Shown one piece after another: positions 36,701 through 45,199 of a stretch of DNA of 64,000 bases. Under the pieces are notes generated by a model. That model made no database searches. It worked only from the letters and a program-made list of their open reading frames with translations, and was not told where the DNA came from. Each line of letters begins with the position of its first letter. Position 1 is the stretch's first letter. The translations under genes were made by a program, and so were the position numbers. This DNA comes from Verrucomicrobiota bacterium. GTDB taxonomy: Bacteria > Verrucomicrobiota > Verrucomicrobiia > Limisphaerales > JANNEF01. Where the stretch lies: assembly GCA_031378375.1 (NCBI GenBank), contig JANNEF010000105.1:693-64692 (forward strand), in the 5' to 3' direction.

Positions 36701-36944
36701 GCACGACGGCGGGTTTGCCCGACTCGCCGCCACGTAGCGCGACGGCTTTGTCGTCGAGGCGGAAACCGGATTTTTGCTTCTGGTCACCGTGGCATTCGTA
36801 GCAACGGCCGGCGAAGATGGGCTGAATATCACGGGCGAAATCCACCACGACAGGCGCCGGCGCCGCCACAGCACGAGCGGGCCAATCCGCTGCGCCGAGC
36901 ACGAGGGCGAAGATGAGTGCGGAATGAGCTTTCATGCCGCGCAT
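33765..36944 (-). CDS. PSCyt1 / DUF1549 (PSCyt2) / DUF1553 (PSD1) domain protein
   Basis: 1059 aa. It has a signal peptide and the haem-binding-type motif [17 protein letters not shown]. The later segments ([36 protein letters not shown]) match this PVC-typical family. Confidence 0.88.
   Translation of the reverse strand: [1059 protein letters not shown]
34527..34554. repeat. Heptamer tandem array (GCGTGAT)x3-4 inside the PSD1-family gene
   Basis: GCGTGAT GCGTGAT GCGTGAT GCGTGCA. On the coding (minus) strand it is translated as [10 protein letters not shown]. Confidence 0.85.
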
Positions 36945-36999
36945 ATTCCCGAACGCAACGGGAATTTTCCAGCGATTTATCGAAGCCCCGCCAACTGCC

Positions 37000-38541
37000 T
37001 CAACTGCTGCGATAGTTGAACAGCTTTCGCTTCTTGATCAGCGCGACCACTTGCGGCGGCACGGCGTTCTCCCAGCTCGGGTCGGCGGATTGGATCTTCG
37101 CCAGCACCTGACGCGAGAGAATCGGCAGGCAGCTCTCGTCAATGTCGCGCAAGCTCTGGATGCAATGGTTTTCCACGAGGTAGGAGTAGAGATGCCGCAG
37201 GTGCGAGTCCACGCGCAGGTTGCCCGCCGAGATGATCGAGCCGGTCGCGGGGTCCTGGAGCGGATAGACGTAAAGCTTGAGCGCGTTCTTGAACAACCGT
37301 CCGAACGATTCGAGAATGCCGCCTTCGAGGTCCGCGTAATACTTCTCGTCAAATATCTCCCGCAACGTCGGCACGCCCATCACCATGCCGACCATCTTCT
37401 TGGTGTAGCGCTGCAAATACGCCGCCAGCCGGTGATGTTCGGCGAAGTTCGAGATGAGCACCGTCTTGCCCAGCGTGCAGAGGATGTCCACGCGATCCAG
37501 GAAATCCTTGTGATTGATCTCCCCGCAGTCCGTGAGGTTCTTGAGTGTCATCTCCAGCAGCACCGCGATCTCCTCGCCTTGCACCTGCGGCTCCTGCACG
37601 AACTGCGCCTGGGCACTGCGCAACATGTCGAGCGTGACCTTGGTGACCGGCCGGAAGCTGCCGCGTTCGATCAAAATCGCCTTCTTGTAGAGCAGTTCGG
37701 CGGCTTGGACAACTTCGCCGTTGGCCGTGAACATCGCCGCGTCGGTCAATCCCTGCTGCACCAGTTGCAGGCTCATCAAGCGGTTGTCCACGCCATGAAA
37801 ATCAGGCCCGGTGAACTTGATCATGTCCACCTCGACCCGTTTGGCGGTCAGGTTGTCCAGCAGCGAGCCGATCAATTCGAGCGGCTTGTCATACAGATAC
37901 AGCGCGCCGTAAATAAGATTCACCCCAATGATGCCCAGTGCCTCCTGTTGGGCGAGATTGTCGCTGTCCAACATGCGGATGTGAATGATGATGTCGTTGG
38001 ACGCGCCGTTGGGGCAGGTCTGGAAGCGGACACCGAGCCAGCCATTGCAATCATCCTTCCGCACAAAGCTGCGCGCGGCGACCGTCTCCGAGAAGCAAAA
38101 GAACCGCGTGGTATCGCCGCGCTTTTCATTCAACCGCTCCACCAGCAAACCATACTCGTGGTCGAGCATCGCCTGCAGGCGCTGGCGGCTCACGTAGCGG
38201 TCGGCCTTGCCGTAAATCTCATCGCTCACCGCCATGTCGTAGGCGGAAATCGTCTTGGCAATCGTGCCCGCCGCGCCACCCACGCGGAAAAACCACCGCG
38301 CCACCTCCTGGCCCGCCCCGATCTCCGCGAACGTCCCGTAGGTGCTCTTGTCGAGATTGGTATGCAGCGCCTTCTGATGCGTATCGGGCACTTCAAGCGC
38401 GCCGCCGGACGGGTTCAGCGGGAGGATATTGTTGGGCGAAGCCAGCGTCAGGGCCGCAGTGGGCGGATTGCCCGGCGTCAGGGCGGCCTGCGGCAAAGGC
38501 TGGTTTTGGCTGTCTTCCGAAATTGCACGTTCAGCATTCAT
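37000..38541 (-). CDS. Conserved hypothetical protein (no family recognised)
   Basis: Long ORF with coding-like composition and no low complexity after residue ~50. The start is set to the ATG at 38541, because the track start (38685) would overlap the divergent ispD start and run through a heptamer array. No catalytic motif was recognised. Confidence 0.7.
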   Translation of the reverse strand: MNAERAISEDSQNQPLPQAALTPGNPPTAALTLASPNNILPLNPSGGALEVPDTHQKALHTNLDKSTYGTFAEIGAGQEVARWFFRVGGAAGTIAKTISAYDMAVSDEIYGKADRYVSRQRLQAMLDHEYGLLVERLNEKRGDTTRFFCFSETVAARSFVRKDDCNGWLGVRFQTCPNGASNDIIIHIRMLDSDNLAQQEALGIIGVNLIYGALYLYDKPLELIGSLLDNLTAKRVEVDMIKFTGPDFHGVDNRLMSLQLVQQGLTDAAMFTANGEVVQAAELLYKKAILIERGSFRPVTKVTLDMLRSAQAQFVQEPQVQGEEIAVLLEMTLKNLTDCGEINHKDFLDRVDILCTLGKTVLISNFAEHHRLAAYLQRYTKKMVGMVMGVPTLREIFDEKYYADLEGGILESFGRLFKNALKLYVYPLQDPATGSIISAGNLRVDSHLRHLYSYLVENHCIQSLRDIDESCLPILSRQVLAKIQSADPSWENAVPPQVVALIKKRKLFNYRSS

Positions 38542-38642
38542 CTCACTCAAGCAATCGGCAGATTTGGCGAAGTGTTTACTGTCCACGGCAATATATTTTC
38601 CCGTTCCGCCCCAGAGTGCAAACTGTTCCCGGCGATTTTTGA

Positions 38643-38677
38643 CTCGAAACCCGAAACTCGAAACTCGAAACTCGCCC
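38643..38677. repeat. Heptamer tandem array (CTCGAAA)x5, directly upstream of the ispD start
   Basis: CTCGAAA CCCGAAA CTCGAAA CTCGAAA CTCGCCC, ending 1 nt before the ispD ATG (38679). Confidence 0.9.
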
Positions 38678-38678
38678 C

Positions 38679-39359
38679 ATGACATCCGCTCTCATCGTCG
38701 CCGCCGGCAAAGGCACCCGCATGGGGCCGGACGTGGACAAGCTCTTCCTCGAAGTCGCCGGGCGGCCCGTCGTCGCGCACACCTGGCAGCGATTCGACAC
38801 GGCGCCGGGCATTGACGAAATCGTGCTCGTCGTCCGCGACGGAATGCAGAGCGCGTTCGAGGAACTGGCCGGGCAATTCAATTTCCGAAAAAACTTCCGC
38901 CTCGTGGCCGGTGGCAAGGAACGCCAGGACTCCGTCTGGAACGGTTTGCTGGCGCTTTCGCCTCAAGCCGAGTTGGTCGCCATCCAGGATGCGGCTCGGC
39001 CTTGCACATCGTCGGAGTTGATCGCGGCGACCATTCAAGCCGCCGGGGAAACCGGCGCTGCCGTGGCCGCGCAAGCCGTCACGGACACGACCAAGGAATC
39101 TGCCGACGGCCAGTTCATCACGCGCCACCTGGACCGCGCGCGGCTCTGGGCGGTGCAAACGCCGCAGTGTTTCCGCGTCGAAGTAATCCGCCGAGCGCTC
39201 GCCGCGGTGCGCGAAAAGGGTTTGCTGGTGACGGATGATACCGCCGCGTGTGAGTTGATCGGCCAACCGGTGCGGTTGGTGGCCAGCGCCGCGCCCAACC
39301 CCAAAGTCACCGTCCCCGCCGACCTGCCCTACATCGAGCTGCTGTTACGAGGGCGATGA
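38679..39359 (+). CDS. ispD: 2-C-methyl-D-erythritol 4-phosphate cytidylyltransferase
   Basis: 226 aa with ALIVAAGKGTRMG, VAIQDAARP and VTDTTKES. Confidence 0.92.
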   Translation: MTSALIVAAGKGTRMGPDVDKLFLEVAGRPVVAHTWQRFDTAPGIDEIVLVVRDGMQSAFEELAGQFNFRKNFRLVAGGKERQDSVWNGLLALSPQAELVAIQDAARPCTSSELIAATIQAAGETGAAVAAQAVTDTTKESADGQFITRHLDRARLWAVQTPQCFRVEVIRRALAAVREKGLLVTDDTAACELIGQPVRLVASAAPNPKVTVPADLPYIELLLRGR

Positions 39360-39488
39360 ATAGCGGAGTTTTTGTCAGCTTGCGCAAAACAGTTCAGCCA
39401 GGCGGTTCGTTCTAACGCGCTCCGGCCTGCGCCAGGCGTTTAGGAATGCGATTGATCCTGACCGGAAAGAGCTTTCCCGCCGGCTGGT

Positions 39489-39520
39489 GTGCCCTCCAAG
39501 TGCCCTCCAAGTGCCCTCGA
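39489..39520. repeat. 11-nt tandem repeat (GTGCCCTCCAA x2.9) upstream of the nitrate locus
   Basis: GTGCCCTCCAA GTGCCCTCCAA GTGCCCTCGA, in the 387-bp intergenic region between ispD and the NasS-like gene. Confidence 0.85.
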
Positions 39521-39746
39521 TACGCCCGGATGCGGCGGGTGCTTAATTATTTTCATCCTTTCGCTCCAAACAATTCAGCGAAGTCATATCAGGCGATGGG
39601 CCTGAATGGTATGGCGGCTGCAATAGCGTCGTCGCAGATGAAGTTCAATAAGCGAACGCGAAGTATGACCGCACGGCGGCTGGTAGCCTGGCTGTGCCGC
39701 GGTTTGGAAACCCAGTCCATGCCCGCCACCGGCAGAGGATAAGCCC

Positions 39747-40886
39747 ATGGCACCAGCGAAAGCGTCCAGCATGCACGGATGGAAAACCGGCAGGCCGATC
39801 CGCCTGGGTTTTCTGCCGCTGAATGATTGCGCCCCGCTGGTCATGGCTCACGAACTGGGCTTGTACGAACAATACGGACTCGAAGTCGAACTGCGACGCG
39901 AGACGAGCTGGGCCAACGTGCGCGACAAGATCATCTACGGCGAACTGGACGCCGCGCACGCACCCGGCGGACTGCTTTTCGCCACGAATCTCGGTTTGGG
40001 TTCCGACCAATGCGCCTGCGTCAGCGGGCTGGTGTTGAACCTGCAGGGCAATGCCATCACCATTTCGCGCGACCTTTGGGAGTGGGGCGTGCGCGACGCG
40101 GGGACATTGCGCGAAGCCATCCGCAGCACCTGGGGTCGGAAGACGCTCACGTTCGGAGTGGTCTTCCAATATTCCTCACACCATTTCCTTTTGCGGCAAT
40201 GGCTGCGCTCCGCCGGCATCAATCCCGACACCGATGTGCGCATCGTGGTTGTCCCGCCGGCGCAGATGTTCCCGAACTTGAAGCTCGGCTACCTCGACGG
40301 TTATTGCGTGGGCGAGCCGTGGACTTCAGTTGCCGTGCAGGCGCAAGCAGGCGTGTGCGTCGCCACCAGCGTGGAACTGGCGCCGCTGCACCCGGAGAAA
40401 GTTTTGATGACCAGCCTCGCCTTCGCCGAAGAACATGCCGACACGCACGAGCGGCTCATCGCCGCCTTGCTGGACGCCTGCGCTTTTTGCGACCAGACGG
40501 AAAACCGCCGGCACCTCAGCGAATGTCTCGCGCAACCGCGCTACGTCAACGCCCCGGCAGAGTGCCTGAAAGCCGCACTCGTCGGCCCGTTCGACCTCGG
40601 GTCATCGCGCATCCAGTCCCTGCTCGACCTCAGCATTTTTCACCGCCATCAAGCCAACGATCCGACCGACGAGAAAGCGTCGTGGATCATGGATGGGCTT
40701 TATGACCTTTTGCAAAGCGGTGCGCTCAAAGCGTCGCACACGCGGATTCCCATTCTGAAAAATGCCTTCCGGCGCGACCTCTTTCACCGGGCCACCCAAC
40801 TGGTCCGGCAACAAGCCACACTGATCAACTCTGAAACCAAACATGAAACCGATCCCATCCTGCCGCCCGATGCCCTCACCGCTTAA
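39747..40886 (+). CDS. Cytoplasmic NrtA/NMT1-like nitrate-binding protein (NasS-like sensor)
   Basis: 379 aa with no signal peptide. RLGFLPLNDCAPLVMAHELGLYEQYGLEVEL and GYLDGYCVGEPW parallel NrtA (next gene). Soluble versions of this fold act as NasS-type nitrate sensors. Confidence 0.7.
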   Translation: MAPAKASSMHGWKTGRPIRLGFLPLNDCAPLVMAHELGLYEQYGLEVELRRETSWANVRDKIIYGELDAAHAPGGLLFATNLGLGSDQCACVSGLVLNLQGNAITISRDLWEWGVRDAGTLREAIRSTWGRKTLTFGVVFQYSSHHFLLRQWLRSAGINPDTDVRIVVVPPAQMFPNLKLGYLDGYCVGEPWTSVAVQAQAGVCVATSVELAPLHPEKVLMTSLAFAEEHADTHERLIAALLDACAFCDQTENRRHLSECLAQPRYVNAPAECLKAALVGPFDLGSSRIQSLLDLSIFHRHQANDPTDEKASWIMDGLYDLLQSGALKASHTRIPILKNAFRRDLFHRATQLVRQQATLINSETKHETDPILPPDALTA

Positions 40887-42138
40887 ACTCAACCGCCGCG
40901 ACTTCCTTCGCGCCACAGCCAAGGGGCTGGGCGCGGCCACCCTGCTCGGCGCCATGCCGCGAGGGTGGGTCGGAAATGTCTATGCGAGCGACGCGCCGGA
41001 GACGACGAACCTGCGCTTCGGCATGATCGCGCTGACCGATTGCTCGCCCATCGTCATCGCCCATGAAAAGGGGTTGTTCAAAAAATACGGCATCAACTCC
41101 ATCGTCGCCAAAGGCGCAAACTGGGCCGCCATCCGCGACTCCCTTTCCAGCGGCGACAACCAGGCCACGCACATGCTCATCGGCATGCCCATCGCCTCGA
41201 CGATGGGCCTGCTCGGTTCGCCCAAGAAGCCGATGGTCATTCCGTGGTTGCTCAACCGCAACGGCCAGAGCATCACGCTCAAGGCCGCGTGGAAGGGCCA
41301 GGTCAAGGACGACCCCAAGGCGCTCAAGCCGCTGGCGGACAAGGCGAAAAAACTCGGCGAGCCGCTCACGTTCGCGATGACCTTCCCGCCCGGCACGCAC
41401 GCGATGTGGATGCGCTATTACCTGGCCGCTGGCGGCATCAACCCGGACAAGGACATCTCGCTCATCACCATTCCGCCGCCGCAGATGGTCTCCAACATGA
41501 AGATCGGCAAGATGGACGGCTTCTGCGTGGGCGAACCATGGAACGCGCGCGCCGTCGCGGATGGCATCGGCTTCACGTCGCTCAACACGCAGGACATCTG
41601 GAAGGATCATCCCGAAAAAGTCTGCGCTTTCACCGCCGACTTCGCCGGCAAAAATCCGAAGACGGTCAAAGCCGTGCTCAAGGCACTGCACGAAGCCAGC
41701 GTGTGGCTCGACAAGCTGGAGAACCGCCCGGAGCAGGCGGACATCGTTTCCAAGCCGACTTACATCAATTGCCAGAAGGATGTCATCCTGGGTCGCCTGC
41801 TCGGCGACTACGACTTTGGCGACGGGCGGAAGAAGAAAGACCCGAACTACATGATCTACCACGAGCGCAACTGCAATTACCCCCAGCCCAAGTATTGCAA
41901 ATGGTGGCTCACGCAATTCCGCCGCTGGGGCATGGTGAGCGGCGCGCCCGATTACGAGGGCGTCGCCAAACAGGTGATGCGAGCGGACCTTTACGAGGAA
42001 GCGATGAAGGAAATCGGCTATGCTCACGGCGGGCCGAGCAACGAGACCGAAACGTTGTTCGACGGCGTGAGCTTCAACCCCACGGGCGACCTTGAGGCTT
42101 ATGCGAAGGGGTTCCCGGTCCACAGCATGAAAGGTTGA
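40843..42138 (+). CDS. nrtA: Nitrate ABC transporter substrate-binding protein NrtA (Tat signal)
   Basis: 431 aa. It has a twin-arginine signal (NRRDFLRATAKGLGAATLLGA), then FGMIALTDCSPIVIAHEKGLFKKYGI and GKMDGFCVGEPWN. An alternative ATG lies at 40870. Confidence 0.88.
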   Translation: MKPIPSCRPMPSPLKLNRRDFLRATAKGLGAATLLGAMPRGWVGNVYASDAPETTNLRFGMIALTDCSPIVIAHEKGLFKKYGINSIVAKGANWAAIRDSLSSGDNQATHMLIGMPIASTMGLLGSPKKPMVIPWLLNRNGQSITLKAAWKGQVKDDPKALKPLADKAKKLGEPLTFAMTFPPGTHAMWMRYYLAAGGINPDKDISLITIPPPQMVSNMKIGKMDGFCVGEPWNARAVADGIGFTSLNTQDIWKDHPEKVCAFTADFAGKNPKTVKAVLKALHEASVWLDKLENRPEQADIVSKPTYINCQKDVILGRLLGDYDFGDGRKKKDPNYMIYHERNCNYPQPKYCKWWLTQFRRWGMVSGAPDYEGVAKQVMRADLYEEAMKEIGYAHGGPSNETETLFDGVSFNPTGDLEAYAKGFPVHSMKG

Positions 42139-42171
42139 ACGCGACTGAGACGTCAACCGTGACTCACCAAG

Positions 42172-42483
42172 ATGGAATCAACCTCAAGCCAAATGCAGGT
42201 CAGCGAATCGAAGTCCGTGTCACACTCAACCGCCAGACGCGAACTGTGGAGGCTGGCGTTCCGGCAACGTTCCGTCTGGCTGCGGGCCTGCAAACTCGGC
42301 CTGACCGTGGGCTGTCTCCAGGCGATCGTCAACCAAGGCGATGTCTGGCTGCGCCACGCAGCGGATGCGACGGTGGTGGTGAAAACGCTGGTTTCACCGC
42401 TCATCGGTTTCACCCTGGTGCTCGTCGCCGCCGCTCAAACCTGGGTCCAACGAACAAGCACACTTGAACAAACCAAATCATGA
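42172..42483 (+). CDS. nrtS: NrtS-like small membrane protein (putative nitrate/nitrite transporter)
   Basis: 103 aa. LGLTVGCLQAIVNQGDVWL followed by a second hydrophobic helix matches my memory of the NrtS family (VGT.L..INQGD). It lies inside an nrt operon, and its stop overlaps the nrtB start (ATGA). Confidence 0.55.
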   Translation: MESTSSQMQVSESKSVSHSTARRELWRLAFRQRSVWLRACKLGLTVGCLQAIVNQGDVWLRHAADATVVVKTLVSPLIGFTLVLVAAAQTWVQRTSTLEQTKS

Positions 42484-43271
42484 ACATTTCCAAATTCAAA
42501 CTCGACTGGCTCATCCTGCCGCTCTGCGGCGCCATCGTCGTACTCGTCTTGTGGCACGTCGCCAGTTCCACGGTGGCGAAGGAACTCCCGTCACCAGTGA
42601 AGACCTGGACGGCCAGCAAGGACTACATCTTGAAGCCGTTTGAAAAACGCGGCGAGATGGACCAGGGCATCCTTCGCTTCACCTGGTATTCGCTCATCCT
42701 CGTCGCCAAGGGCTACGCGATCGCGCTGATCATCGGGACGCCGATTGGTTTTTTCCTGGGCCTGTCGAAGGTGTTCACCAAGACCTTCGATCCCATCATC
42801 CAGGTGTTGCGACCCGTGTCGCCGCTGGCGTGGCTGCCGCTGGGATTGGTGTTGTTCCTCGGCGCGGGCAAGCAGGCGTCGGAATTGGGGGCGCTGTTCA
42901 CCATCGCCATCTGCGCGATGTGGCCAACGGTGCTGAACACCGCCGTCGGTGTGCGCGCCATTCCACAGGATTACTTGAACGTGGCGAAAGTGCTGAAACT
43001 CTCGCGCACGAAGACGCTTTTCAAGGTACTCATCCCGGCGACGTTGCCGTACATGTTCACCGGATTCCGCCTGAGTCTGGGCATCGCGTGGCTCGTCATC
43101 GTCGCGGCGGAAATGCTCACGGGCCGGCCCGGCGTCGGCGGCTTCCTCTGGCAGGAATACAACGCGCTCATCTACGAGCACATCATCCTCTGCATCCTGA
43201 CGATTGGGATCGTCGGGTTCATTCTGGACCGGCTGATGAGCTTGGTGGAGAAACGATTCAAGACCGCATGA
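42480..43271 (+). CDS. nrtB: Nitrate ABC transporter permease NrtB
   Basis: 263 aa, NitT/TauT-type permease (PSPVKTWTA, LRPVSPLAWLPLGLVLF, KVLKLSRTKTLFKVLIPATLPY). Confidence 0.9.
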   Translation: MNISKFKLDWLILPLCGAIVVLVLWHVASSTVAKELPSPVKTWTASKDYILKPFEKRGEMDQGILRFTWYSLILVAKGYAIALIIGTPIGFFLGLSKVFTKTFDPIIQVLRPVSPLAWLPLGLVLFLGAGKQASELGALFTIAICAMWPTVLNTAVGVRAIPQDYLNVAKVLKLSRTKTLFKVLIPATLPYMFTGFRLSLGIAWLVIVAAEMLTGRPGVGGFLWQEYNALIYEHIILCILTIGIVGFILDRLMSLVEKRFKTA

Positions 43272-43301
43272 AAAAGGCGATCCTTTCACGCACCACGCAC
43301 C

Positions 43302-44219
43302 ATGTCCTTCCTTGAGTTAAAAAACGTCAGCAAAGGTTTCGGCCCGGCGGGCACCCGCACCGAAGTGCTGCGCGACATCAACCTCGGCATCGAGAAAGGC
43401 GAGTTCGTCGCCATCGTTGGCTATTCGGGCGCAGGCAAAACGACGCTCATTTCGATGATCGCCGGCTTGGTGAAGCCGGACGCCGGTTCCATCACGCTCA
43501 ACGATCTGGAAATCACCGCGCCGGGGCCGGATCGCGCCATCGTCTTCCAGAATTACTCGCTGCTGCCGTGGATGAATGTTTACGAGAATATTTTCCTCGC
43601 CGTGGACCAGGTGTTCCCCAACTGGGCGCCCGCCAAGAAACAGCAGCACACGGAAAAATACATTGAGATGGTCAACCTCACGCCGGCGCGCGAAAAGTTG
43701 CCACGCGAACTTTCCGGCGGCATGAGACAGCGGGTTTCCGTCGCGCGCGCGCTGGCGACGGACCCGCAAATCCTCCTGCTGGACGAACCATTGAGCGCGC
43801 TGGACGCGCTCACGCGCGCCACGCTGCAGGACGAAATCGAACGCATCTGGGAGCAGGACAAGAAAACCGTCTTCCTCATCACCAATGACGTGGACGAAGG
43901 CATTCTGCTGGCCGACCGCATCATCCCGTTGAGCGCGGGACCGGGTGCCACACTGGGGCCGTCCATCACGGTGGACATTCCGCGCCCGCGTGACCGCAAG
44001 GCCATCAACCATCATCCGCGCTTCCGGGAAATCCGCCGCGAGGTGATTGACTACCTGCTCGGCGTTGGCGGCAAAAAGCACGCAACCGTCACGAGAAAAT
44101 TGCACCTGCCCGACCTCGAACCGGAGGACTTGAACGTGCCGCGCAACTTCTTCTCGCCGCGCCGCGGCCCCATCCGCCGCACCGAAGTGAAGCAGGAGAC
44201 GGTGGAAATTGACGCATGA
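43302..44219 (+). CDS. Nitrate/NitT-TauT-family ABC transporter ATP-binding protein (NrtC/D-type, first copy)
   Basis: 305 aa with Walker [10 protein letters not shown], signature [15 protein letters not shown] and Walker B LLLDEP. Confidence 0.88.
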   Translation: MSFLELKNVSKGFGPAGTRTEVLRDINLGIEKGEFVAIVGYSGAGKTTLISMIAGLVKPDAGSITLNDLEITAPGPDRAIVFQNYSLLPWMNVYENIFLAVDQVFPNWAPAKKQQHTEKYIEMVNLTPAREKLPRELSGGMRQRVSVARALATDPQILLLDEPLSALDALTRATLQDEIERIWEQDKKTVFLITNDVDEGILLADRIIPLSAGPGATLGPSITVDIPRPRDRKAINHHPRFREIRREVIDYLLGVGGKKHATVTRKLHLPDLEPEDLNVPRNFFSPRRGPIRRTEVKQETVEIDA

Positions 44220-45121
44220 GCGACTACCTGATTCTTTCCGACCTGACGAAGATTTACCCGTCGCCCAAAGGCCCGGCGGTCGTCGTCAAGGATTTCAACT
44301 TGTCCATCAAGAAGGGCGAGTTCGTGTGTCTCATTGGCCACTCGGGTTGCGGCAAGTCCACCGTGCTTTCCATGGTCGCCGGGCTGAACGACATCACGGG
44401 CGGCGGCATCATCCTCGCCGGCAAGGAACTCGTCGGGCCGGGGCCGGATCGCGGCATCGTCTTTCAATCGCCCTGCCTGCTGCCCTGGCTGACGGCCTTT
44501 GAAAACGTGATGCTCGGCGTGGATCAGGTGTTTTACACCGCGAGCATGGAAGAGCGCCGGCAAATCGCTGAGTACTACCTGAGCGTCGTCGGGCTGGCGG
44601 AGGCGATGCACAAACGCCCGGCGGAACTTTCCCAAGGGATGCGCCAGCGCGTCGGCATCGCCCGCGCGTTCGCGCTCTCGCCCAAGATGCTGTTGCTCGA
44701 CGAGCCGTTCGGGATGCTCGATTCGCTCACCCGCTACGAGCTGCAACAAGTGCTCATCGAGCTTTGGCGCAAGGACAAGAAAACCGCGCTCATGGTCACA
44801 CACGACGTGGACGAGGCGCTCTTCCTCGCCGACCGGATTGTGATGATGACCAACGGCCCCGAAGCCGAGGTGGGCGACATTCTGGAAGTCAAATTCCCGC
44901 GCCCGCGCACCCGCAAGGAAGTCATGGAGCACCCCGATTACTACCGGTTGCGCGAGCACTTGATCACGTTCCTGGAAGAACATGCGCACAAGAAACAATC
45001 CGGCACAAAGACGACCAACGCCCCACCAGTGCCGCCAGCCAACCACCTGAACGTTCGCCGCCCGGCCAACTCGCCGAGTTCGCCGGCCCTGGCCCGGCAA
45101 TTGGCCGACTCACCGAAATAG
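44216..45121 (+). CDS. Nitrate ABC transporter ATP-binding protein (NrtD-type, second copy)
   Basis: 301 aa with Walker [25 protein letters not shown] and LLLDEP. The start overlaps the upstream stop (ATGA). Confidence 0.88.
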   Translation: MSDYLILSDLTKIYPSPKGPAVVVKDFNLSIKKGEFVCLIGHSGCGKSTVLSMVAGLNDITGGGIILAGKELVGPGPDRGIVFQSPCLLPWLTAFENVMLGVDQVFYTASMEERRQIAEYYLSVVGLAEAMHKRPAELSQGMRQRVGIARAFALSPKMLLLDEPFGMLDSLTRYELQQVLIELWRKDKKTALMVTHDVDEALFLADRIVMMTNGPEAEVGDILEVKFPRPRTRKEVMEHPDYYRLREHLITFLEEHAHKKQSGTKTTNAPPVPPANHLNVRRPANSPSSPALARQLADSPK

Positions 45122-45199
45122 CTTTCCGTATTGATCCAAATCAAACCCACCCCCGCGCCCGCCAACCAGACTGATCGCCAACAGAAATAACACAACGAC

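Noticed and set aside
38643-38677. Could the short tandem or palindromic repeat arrays (also 59147-59181, 48915-49030, 51788-51887, 54821-54900) be CRISPR arrays?
   Set aside because: The units are only 7-8 nt and directly adjacent, with no unique spacers. The arrays are at most 5 units, and no cas genes are present. They are not CRISPR.
39446-39742. 98-aa plus-strand ORF in the ispD / NasS-like intergenic region
   Set aside because: It runs through the 11-nt tandem repeat and has an Arg/Cys/Met-rich, unstructured-looking translation. It is more likely a non-coding leader or promoter region.
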